A stretch of DNA of 64,000 bases from an uncultured virus (IMG/VR IMGVR_UViG_3300008108_000029) (Duplodnaviria > Heunggongvirae > Uroviricota > Caudoviricetes), in the IMG/VR virus record IMGVR_UViG_3300008108_000029. The stretch is one strand, 5' to 3'. The position numbers and the translations under genes were made by a program. This document shows positions 56,901 through 64,000 of this stretch, piece after piece; position 1 is the first letter of the stretch, and the number at the start of each line of letters is the position of its first letter. The notes beneath the pieces were generated by a model that ran no database searches, was not told the origin of the DNA, and was given only the letters and a program-made list of their open reading frames with translations.

Positions 56901-57478
56901 TACTATCAATTTTAATACCTACTGTTCCTCAAAGAGCAAATTTTTATTTTGAATTATGTAACGAAATAAATAATCAAATTCATAGTTGTAATGCTTATGG
57001 AAATGTTGAAATAGTTACTGATTCTGCGCCTATTGGAACAAAAACAACAGGGAAAAAAAGAAACGATTTATTAAATGTTGCACAAGGAAAATATGTTTGG
57101 TTTATAGACGATGATGATATGATTTTCCCTAATTCTATTAATTTAATACTTTCTGCTTTAGAAAAAAATCCTGATGCTTTAGCAATAAATGGAATTATAA
57201 CAACAAATGGAGTAGATAAAAAGCAATGGTTTATTTCAAAAGATTTTGAATATGTTTCTGATACTTCAAGAGGTTATGAGATTTACTTACGACCAACGAA
57301 TCATATAACACCAATTAGAAAAGAAATAGCAAAATCAGTTACGTTTGAAGATAAAAGTAATTTTGAGGATTATGCTTATTGTATGGAATTAAAAAGATTA
57401 AAATTAATAAATACAGAAATAGAAATTAAAGAACCAATATATCATTATAGATACTTGAATTATGCAAAACTATACTAA
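56897..57478 (+). CDS. GT2 glycosyltransferase (paralog of 55028)
   Basis: ILIPT, GKKRN, FIDDDD, RPTNH, FED. Confidence 0.85.
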   Translation: MILSILIPTVPQRANFYFELCNEINNQIHSCNAYGNVEIVTDSAPIGTKTTGKKRNDLLNVAQGKYVWFIDDDDMIFPNSINLILSALEKNPDALAINGIITTNGVDKKQWFISKDFEYVSDTSRGYEIYLRPTNHITPIRKEIAKSVTFEDKSNFEDYAYCMELKRLKLINTEIEIKEPIYHYRYLNYAKLY

Positions 57479-58112
57479 AACAGCAGTCGTAACATTTGCT
57501 AATGGTAATTATTTGAATCTTGTAAAAAGACAAGAAAATGAATTTAAAAAGCATTTAGATTGCGACTATTTTTGCTTTACAGATTTTTCACAAGTAGGAA
57601 GTCCAAGTCATATTGAGCATCCATACGCATTTAAGCCATACTCAATTAAAAAAGTTTTAGATTTAGGTTATACAAATATATTGTGGGCAGATTCTCCTGT
57701 TTATGCCATATCAAATGTTTCTTATATTTTAGAGCATATAAAAAGAGAAGGAATATTATTAATTGATAATATAGGTTTTTCTGTTGCAAGTCATACAAAC
57801 GATAACTGTCTAAACTATTATGATATAAATAGAGAACAAGCAAAAAATATTCCTATGGTTATGGCTTGTTTTATGGCTTTTAATTTTACTAATTTTAAAT
57901 GTATAAATATTTTTAATGAGTATTATCAGGCAGCAACCAATGGAACTTTTGTAGGAAGTTGGGATAATCATAGGCACGACCAATCTGTAATATCAATAAT
58001 TTCCCATAATCACGAAATAAGTTTGCAAAGTCCTGAAAAAATTATTTATTATCACAATGAGCCAAATCATACTTGGAGAAATACACCACTAATTAGTAAA
58101 AGAATTTTATAA
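57462..58112 (+). CDS. Putative sugar transferase (paralog of 54318)
   Basis: PYAFK, LWADS, HRHDQS. Confidence 0.7.
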   Translation: MQNYTKTAVVTFANGNYLNLVKRQENEFKKHLDCDYFCFTDFSQVGSPSHIEHPYAFKPYSIKKVLDLGYTNILWADSPVYAISNVSYILEHIKREGILLIDNIGFSVASHTNDNCLNYYDINREQAKNIPMVMACFMAFNFTNFKCINIFNEYYQAATNGTFVGSWDNHRHDQSVISIISHNHEISLQSPEKIIYYHNEPNHTWRNTPLISKRIL

Positions 58113-58120
58113 CAAACAAT

Positions 58121-58921
58121 ATGATTAATACAATTTGCATAATGGTTGGCTCTTACAGGAACTTAACCACATTAACATCGGCTACATTGATGTTGCATCC
58201 CGAAGTGCAGGTAGTTAATCATAAATATTCATTCAATGAGAATTGCGATACAGATTTTTTAGTTTCATATTCAAAAAATAAAGTAGATAATTTTATTAAA
58301 AAGATTATTGAAATAGCAGGTGATGAAGTGTCAGTTTCGGGAGATGGTGGAGTTATTACTAAATCACACGCTTTTTTGGAACATAAAATTATGAGAGATG
58401 TTTTTAATAATAGGTATTCAAATACTAACAAAAAAAATATAAAATCTATAATATGGAAAGAATCGCATCGCAATACAAATCTTATTCGTAAAAATGATGT
58501 TGATTTATTAATATCAAAAGATATTAGGTTTAGGTTTTTTTTACCAATAAGAAATCCAATGGATTGTGCAATGTCAAATATGAATGGATATAAAAAATAT
58601 TTTGGTGCTGACACAGAAAGTAAGGAAGATGTATTGTTTGGTCTTTTTGAAATTTACAGTTGGTTTTTTGAACTGCAAAAAAAATATCCTGAACGCTTTA
58701 TGTATTTGTTTGAAAATGATTTTAAAGAAAATCTATTAAAATTAGAAAATTTTTTAAAAATACAACATAATAAGGATTGGTATAAAGATGTAAATGATGT
58801 TTGGGAATTAAAAAACAATTACAAACACGAACAAGATTTTATAAATCTATATAAATCTCTTGTGAGTAAACTAAAAGATGATTATATAAAAGATAAGTTT
58901 AATATTTTTTTAAACAGTTAA
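58121..58921 (+). CDS. Sulfotransferase-like protein
   Basis: G.YRNLTTL...L..HPEV; RNPMD.A.S. Confidence 0.6.
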   Translation: MINTICIMVGSYRNLTTLTSATLMLHPEVQVVNHKYSFNENCDTDFLVSYSKNKVDNFIKKIIEIAGDEVSVSGDGGVITKSHAFLEHKIMRDVFNNRYSNTNKKNIKSIIWKESHRNTNLIRKNDVDLLISKDIRFRFFLPIRNPMDCAMSNMNGYKKYFGADTESKEDVLFGLFEIYSWFFELQKKYPERFMYLFENDFKENLLKLENFLKIQHNKDWYKDVNDVWELKNNYKHEQDFINLYKSLVSKLKDDYIKDKFNIFLNS

Positions 58922-58924
58922 AAC

Positions 58925-59269
58925 ATGAACCTAAAAGAAAAACTAAAAGACACAGAAAAAGTTATCACAATGTTACAAGATAACTATGGCGTTTTACAAA
59001 GAGGAGGATTTGATATGATATGTCCTATTGTTCCACCTATTCAAGTAAAACAAAGGACACAAAATCAAATCACGGGTGCTGTTCACGAACAAATAGGATT
59101 GCAAAAAAATTCTTGTAACACAAACTGTCCACTAATGGAGATAGGCGATAATCACGTTGTATTACATTGTGGGGGACATCCAATCAAGCACGAAATATCA
59201 AAGATTATTGATACAAATGAAGAAAAAGAAAGTAAAATAATCGGTTTAGGGTTAGGAGGTCAGGCGTGA
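58925..59269 (+). CDS. Hypothetical Cys-containing protein
   Basis: CP...CNTNCP...C. Confidence 0.6.
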   Translation: MNLKEKLKDTEKVITMLQDNYGVLQRGGFDMICPIVPPIQVKQRTQNQITGAVHEQIGLQKNSCNTNCPLMEIGDNHVVLHCGGHPIKHEISKIIDTNEEKESKIIGLGLGGQA

Positions 59270-59487
59270 GTTTAATAAAAATAAGATTTAATAACGATTG
59301 CAATGATGGAGTTAGTTGGTGGAGAGCAATTATTGATGGAGTTGAACATCATTTATCTGAAATAGTTATTAACACTAATAGTAGGACTACTAAAGATTAT
59401 TTAGAAAGTAAAAATGAATACAAGTGGCACATTACTGTTGAAAGTTCTAACTATAAAATTCACAATGGCATACTAACTATTAATTAA
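59266..59487 (+). CDS. Hypothetical protein
   Basis: GTGA-coupled ORF. Confidence 0.6.
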   Translation: MSLIKIRFNNDCNDGVSWWRAIIDGVEHHLSEIVINTNSRTTKDYLESKNEYKWHITVESSNYKIHNGILTIN

Positions 59488-59533
59488 AATTTTATCTTTG
59501 CAAAAACCAAATAAAAACCAAAAAATAAACACT

Positions 59534-60079
59534 ATGACACCACTACAATCAATGAAAAAAAATTCAGAGTATGTAAAAATCTTATTAAAAGATTTACAAC
59601 GTAAAACTGAAATTGACCAAAAAGTAGATTACTACAAAGCAATTCTAAAAGCATACGATTTAAAATCAGAAACACTTTCCAAAAAGATAGAAGTTCTTGA
59701 GATTAAGCATAACAATAGCAAAGAAAACTATGATTATGGTTATGATTTAAGTTGTCTAATTATCATCAAGATAGAGTTAGATGACGCTATATTTGAAAAG
59801 AAGAAATTTTTTGAAATGTGGCTATCAAGAGGTAAGGAATACGATGACAAGTTTAATATCTTATCAAAAGATTGCAACGATAACTTTGATGAAGTTCAAA
59901 ATAAAGCAAAAGAATTAGCAGAGAAAAATGTAAAACTAAAATCTCATATTGAAAAATTTGAGAAAGAAGAAAATCCATCTCAACGTCTTAAAAACGAATA
60001 TTATCTACTTATTAAATATGAAGTTTACAAGGCAACAGAAAAGATTATAGGTTTAGCATTTGAAGATTATTATAAATAA
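59534..60079 (+). CDS. Hypothetical coiled-coil protein
   Basis: ATG 59534 downstream of TATCTTTG 59493-59500. Confidence 0.65.
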   Translation: MTPLQSMKKNSEYVKILLKDLQRKTEIDQKVDYYKAILKAYDLKSETLSKKIEVLEIKHNNSKENYDYGYDLSCLIIIKIELDDAIFEKKKFFEMWLSRGKEYDDKFNILSKDCNDNFDEVQNKAKELAEKNVKLKSHIEKFEKEENPSQRLKNEYYLLIKYEVYKATEKIIGLAFEDYYK

Positions 60080-60090
60080 TTAACTTGTTA

Positions 60091-60180
60091 ATAGTCGGGG
60101 GTGTTTAACCTAAACTAATGTTAGTCGGTTTTAGCAGAGCATCCGATGGAGTAAGGAAACCATCTATAAAAACCGACTAT
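60091..60180 (+). ncRNA. Candidate structured cis-regulatory RNA
   Basis: GC-enriched intergenic segment with several complementary stems. Confidence 0.45.
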
Positions 60181-60200
60181 GAAATTCTAAAATTAAAAGA

Positions 60201-60824
60201 ATGACACTTAAAGAATTTGAAAAAATATTTTCAAACGAAATAGTAAATCACTATTTAGAAAATCAAAAAACATTTGATGCTCACGGGATTCACGGATGTT
60301 TGCATATATCAAGGTCGCTTATAATTTGCAGATGGATTTCAAAACAACTCAATGAAAAAGGACTTACTAATGATATTGATAAAGTAAGTTACGCAGTATC
60401 ATTTCACGATTCGGGTAGAAAAGCCAATGGTATAGATTATTGGGAATGGCAAAGCAAATTAAATTGCCTGAACTATTTAATACAAAAAGGCATACCTGAT
60501 GCTGATTACATTTCATCTTTGATTGTAAAAAAATCGGATATGAACCACACTACAAACGATTTTCTTTGCCTTCACGATACAGATGTTTTAGAAATAATAC
60601 GACCATCAACGGGTATAGGTATTCAGGGATTCAATAGAGAATATCTAAAATTAAAACAAACAATAAACTATGATATAATATTCGGAGAGGTTGTTACTTT
60701 TATATACGAAACCGAAGGCATAAAGCAACAATTCTTTGATAAAGATTGCTTACTAAATCTAATAAATTACTTGGAAGTTAATAAAAGTAGATTCCCAAAT
60801 CTTTATGACTGCACCAACTCATAA
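60201..60824 (+). CDS. HD-domain protein
   Basis: IHG..H..R, FHDSGR, D.W, HDTD.LE..R. Confidence 0.75.
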   Translation: MTLKEFEKIFSNEIVNHYLENQKTFDAHGIHGCLHISRSLIICRWISKQLNEKGLTNDIDKVSYAVSFHDSGRKANGIDYWEWQSKLNCLNYLIQKGIPDADYISSLIVKKSDMNHTTNDFLCLHDTDVLEIIRPSTGIGIQGFNREYLKLKQTINYDIIFGEVVTFIYETEGIKQQFFDKDCLLNLINYLEVNKSRFPNLYDCTNS

Positions 60825-61326
60825 TCAAAATTTTAATGAATGGTTTAAGGGTTCAAAAGCAGTAGATGGTTTTGGAAATCCTACTATATTTTATCATAAA
60901 AGTCGTTCAAAAGAGATTTTTAATAGTTTTACTGATAATATTCAATATTTAAAAAATCCTTTTAATGATTGTGGTGGCATTTACTTTGTCGGAAAAGGTA
61001 GTGAACCAAATATAGATTATATTGCTGATGGCATAGGATTTTATGTTTATTTGAAGTGCTTGAACCCACTAATAATTTGTGAAAAAATTGTTTTTAATAA
61101 TCATACACTAAAAACAACTATTGAGATTAATGATATGTTAGGTAGAAAATATCAAATGATAGACATAAGCAAACCTTTCGTAAATAAATGTAAAGAAGAA
61201 AATTATGATTCAATTTTTATTTATAGTCATAATTCTTACAATCAATATGTGGTTTTTGAGAATAAACAAATAAAGAGCATAGAAAACAATGGTCTTTACC
61301 AAAATGATAATAATATATTTTCCTAA
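60805..61326 (+). CDS. Stand-alone ART-PolyVal-like protein
   Basis: FNEWF.GSK.VD..G.P...YH, GIYF, YD.I, YVVF...QIKS..N.G. Confidence 0.7.
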   Translation: MTAPTHNQNFNEWFKGSKAVDGFGNPTIFYHKSRSKEIFNSFTDNIQYLKNPFNDCGGIYFVGKGSEPNIDYIADGIGFYVYLKCLNPLIICEKIVFNNHTLKTTIEINDMLGRKYQMIDISKPFVNKCKEENYDSIFIYSHNSYNQYVVFENKQIKSIENNGLYQNDNNIFS

Positions 61327-61880
61327 TGAAATTATCAGTTTTAATTCCATCTCTACAAAGCAGAAGTCATTTTCTTGAAAGAGTTTTAGATTGCTTAAAA
61401 AAGCAAATAGAAAATAACAGTTATCAAGAAGTAGTAGAGATTAAAACACTTGTAGATAATGGAGGGCAAACAATAGGTCAAAAAAGAAACACGCTTAAAG
61501 CAAATGCCAATGGCGAGTATATTTGTTTTGTAGATGATGATGACTTACTACCTGACTATTATTTACAAGAAATATTAAGCAGATTAAATAGTGGATACGA
61601 TATTATAACTTTCTACGTTGAGCATATTGTAGATGGCTCATATAAAAAATTAATTTGCCCTCATTTGCATATAGATAATCAAGAAATTAAAGGTTGTTTA
61701 TTTTGGACTAATATGCTTCACCTTTGCCCACATAAAAAAAGCATATCTGATTTAGTTCAATTTCCAAATATAAATTTTTGTGAAGATTTAGAATATAGTA
61801 AGGCAATCAAAGAATATTGCAAAAACAATTCATTCATAGAAAAAATTATGTATCACTATGAATATAAATCTAATAAGTGA
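61326..61880 (+). CDS. GT2 glycosyltransferase
   Basis: LSVLIPS, GQKRN, FVDDDD, ED. Confidence 0.85.
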   Translation: MKLSVLIPSLQSRSHFLERVLDCLKKQIENNSYQEVVEIKTLVDNGGQTIGQKRNTLKANANGEYICFVDDDDLLPDYYLQEILSRLNSGYDIITFYVEHIVDGSYKKLICPHLHIDNQEIKGCLFWTNMLHLCPHKKSISDLVQFPNINFCEDLEYSKAIKEYCKNNSFIEKIMYHYEYKSNK

Positions 61881-62513
61881 TTAGCAATCAACTGAAGAAT
61901 TAGGAATGTGGCAAACTTTGTATTCGCTATTTTCAATCTTTCTGTGATTTGTATTAGCCATAAGTTTATGTATAAAGTCCCAATCGTGTCCATATCCATT
62001 ACAACCTGACCAACTTATTTGAGGAATATTTTTATGTGCTATTGCTGAAGTTCCTATACTACCCCTTTCTAATTTAGTTTCCCTAACAACCGAACTTAAA
62101 ATTCTATTTTCGGTAGGGTGAAATCTATAAATGATTGTGTCATTAAAATAAATCCAATCGTAATTTTGTATTGAACTTGCTATAATTTGAAGATGATTGT
62201 TTCCGAAAAAATCATCAGTATCAAGATAGCATATTATATCTCCTGTCGCTTTTTTGCAACCATAATCTCTTACTAACCCTGAAAAATATTCTTGCTTTGT
62301 TAAACCGAATAATTTTATTTCATTAGATAAATGTTTTGTTGTTTCTGCAATAGTGATAGGGCATCCATCACTTACAATTATCAATTCTTTGTTTGGATAC
62401 GTTTGTGATTTGAAAGAATTTACAGCCCTATTGAATTTATCAACTCTATTCTTTGCAGCATACATATAATCACCAAGAAAAGAAGCCATTATTACTGATA
62501 CTTTAACAGACAT
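61881..62513 (-). CDS. GT2 glycosyltransferase
   Basis: VSVIM, IIVSDG, YLDTDD, GHDW. Confidence 0.88.
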   Translation of the reverse strand: MSVKVSVIMASFLGDYMYAAKNRVDKFNRAVNSFKSQTYPNKELIIVSDGCPITIAETTKHLSNEIKLFGLTKQEYFSGLVRDYGCKKATGDIICYLDTDDFFGNNHLQIIASSIQNYDWIYFNDTIIYRFHPTENRILSSVVRETKLERGSIGTSAIAHKNIPQISWSGCNGYGHDWDFIHKLMANTNHRKIENSEYKVCHIPNSSVDC

Positions 62514-63123
62514 ACATTTTGTATTTAAAATTAATAAAATCGTCTTTGTATATTTTGTTTACCAAACGGTATGATTTTAAATCATAGTAATCTTGAAAGC
62601 ATATTTTTCTATTGCTTCTATTTGTGAATGGAATATTTGAAAATTCCAAATTCAAATTCAATAGAATTGTAGATAAACTTGATGTATGATTATCATTTGA
62701 TAAAGTTTCAAATTTGAATATGTGATTTGTTTTTATAGCGTTATTAACACTTAAAAAATCAGTTTGCGTTCTGTAAAACGTAGAATAATTTGTTTCTTCT
62801 TTTTTAAATCCAACGTAATAAAGCCAATTAATAAACTCATAGAAAGATAAATTTTTTATAGCATAATAATCTATAATATTAGGGTCAGACATTATATTCT
62901 CATATATAGATACAACTAAATCATAAGGATTTCTTACATAAGAAAAAATGTTGTAATTTTTTATATAAGGATAAAAATTTATAGCAGTATCTAACGTGCA
63001 AATGTTTCCATAAATTAATCTTAAATCATCTACTTGTTTACTTATAACTTCTTTTACTGTTGTTCCTCCTGTTCGGTGTATATGTATAAAACAAAAATTT
63101 TTACTATCGCTTATTACTGACAT
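62503..63123 (-). CDS. Sulfotransferase family 2 protein
   Basis: FIHIHRTGGTT, VRNPYD..VS.Y, FE.L, Y..DF..F.Y. Confidence 0.85.
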   Translation of the reverse strand: MSVISDSKNFCFIHIHRTGGTTVKEVISKQVDDLRLIYGNICTLDTAINFYPYIKNYNIFSYVRNPYDLVVSIYENIMSDPNIIDYYAIKNLSFYEFINWLYYVGFKKEETNYSTFYRTQTDFLSVNNAIKTNHIFKFETLSNDNHTSSLSTILLNLNLEFSNIPFTNRSNRKICFQDYYDLKSYRLVNKIYKDDFINFKYKMYVC

Positions 63124-63141
63124 TGTTGATTATTATTTACA

Positions 63142-63615
63142 TTATAAATCTTTTTGTTGTTTTGTAACAACAATATTTTTAAAAATTTTATTCTTTATTA
63201 ATACAGATACTTCATTTGCTATATCTAATGCTTCTCTACCCGTTGTGTCTATTGGTAAGAAATATTTATCAGGTTTTTCATATCCTTCAACAAAATATTT
63301 TTCTCTACCTCTTATCTCACTTGTAAAAATATAGCACTCAAAAACTTCTGTCCTTTCTTTGAGTTCCTCTCTCAAATCTTTATATGGAGATATTAAAGAT
63401 ATAATTGGCACAAACTCTTTTTTTTCAAGAAATAATGCAATATTGTAAGCAGTTTTTATATTATTTCTTCTTCCTGTTTCAGAGTAATCTTTGTTATTAA
63501 GAATGTCCCTTAATTCATCTCCATCAATGTTAATTGAATTAGGAATTAATTTCAATAATTCTTTGGAAATAGTTGTTTTTCCTGCTCCTGCTTGTCCTGT
63601 TAAATTTATAATCAT
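63142..63615 (-). CDS. cysC: Adenylyl-sulfate (APS) kinase
   Basis: TGQAGAGKTT, IDGDELR, DYS..GR..N, ISPY, YEKP. Confidence 0.88.
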   Translation of the reverse strand: MIINLTGQAGAGKTTISKELLKLIPNSINIDGDELRDILNNKDYSETGRRNNIKTAYNIALFLEKKEFVPIISLISPYKDLREELKERTEVFECYIFTSEIRGREKYFVEGYEKPDKYFLPIDTTGREALDIANEVSVLIKNKIFKNIVVTKQQKDL

Positions 63616-63618
63616 AAT

Positions 63619-63822
63619 TTATTTTTGTTTATTAATTTTTATTTTATCCCAAATGTATTCGTATAAATAGTAAGTGAAAATTTTTATTATAAAGTCAGAT
63701 ATACCTATGAATAAACCTAATGATGCCTGTCCTGTAATAAAAAAAGAAATTAAAAAAGTTATAAAAGAGGAATATATCCTGTATGTAAATGATTTAATAA
63801 AGTAAATTATATGTGTTTTCAT
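63619..63822 (-). CDS. DUF2061-like membrane protein
   Basis: KSFTYRI...YY.YE.IW. Confidence 0.75.
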   Translation of the reverse strand: MKTHIIYFIKSFTYRIYSSFITFLISFFITGQASLGLFIGISDFIIKIFTYYLYEYIWDKIKINKQK

Positions 63823-63825
63823 TAA

Positions 63826-63999
63826 TTAAGCAGATATTCCACCCATATTAATTTCTTTTCTTAATAACAACTGCGTCCAATCAGAGTTATTATGTTCACA
63901 CAATATACTTGTGTCAATATACTTTTGTATTCCTAACGCATCTGTATCAATAGCAAAGAATCCGTCAGGGTGCATAACTAAACCTTTTTCGTGTCTAAA
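63826..63999 (-). CDS. Partial CDS, probably a glycosyltransferase C-terminus
   Basis: Manually translated ...HPDGFFAIDTDALGIQKYIDTSILCEH...ISA*; continues beyond the window. Confidence 0.55.
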   Translation of the reverse strand, partial: FRHEKGLVMHPDGFFAIDTDALGIQKYIDTSILCEHNNSDWTQLLLRKEINMGGISA

Positions 64000-64000
64000 T

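Noticed and set aside
720..58614. Many short overlapping or antisense ORFs in the track (e.g. 720-923, 19734-20138, 46582-47028, 50195-50494, 58219-58614)
   Set aside because: Shadows of longer, motif-bearing genes, with F/L/S-rich composition typical of antisense frames.
1..64000. Stop-codon reassignment, tRNA/rRNA genes, IS elements
   Set aside because: Standard code gives dense, long ORFs, and the two broken genes are explained by indels. No cloverleaf, rRNA or transposase was recognised by eye; tRNAscan-SE was not run.

Overview
AT-rich, densely coding 64-kb segment of a large dsDNA virus or virus-like element, most likely infecting Bacteroidota. The host call rests on about ten TAnnTTTG (-7) promoter boxes, several with a TTG-type -33 box 19-20 nt upstream, plus a DUF3127 gene. 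Layout: (1) 1-2300, noncoding repeats, a candidate sRNA, three leftward genes and a divergent promoter/origin-like region; (2) 2300-16500, early and replication genes (many small ORFs, a permuted GHKL ATPase, SSB, an HTH-sigma4-alphaCTD fusion, a DnaQ exonuclease, an ART-like protein); (3) 19650-33400, five consecutive polyvalent proteins carrying topoisomerase IB, several ADP-ribosyltransferase-like, peptidase, kinase, DUF5661 and Nudix domains; (4) 33500-48700, strawberry-notch helicase, MoxR AAA+ ATPase with a vWA-like partner, LPD23 metallopeptidase, low-complexity proteins and a thaumatin-like protein; (5) 48800-52400, an A32/P9-type packaging ATPase and neighbours; (6) 52400-64000, a glycosyl/methyl/sulfotransferase cluster with APS kinase. 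Main result: 21 copies of a [YFM]-x-x-G-G motif lie at domain boundaries or termini of the five polyvalent proteins. Together with a C-terminal module shared by unrelated proteins, an internal Cys-protease-like domain and the A32-like ATPase, this suggests a di-glycine-processed polyprotein cargo system in a large, possibly tailless, bacterial virus. All family assignments come from motif recognition by eye; no database searches were run.
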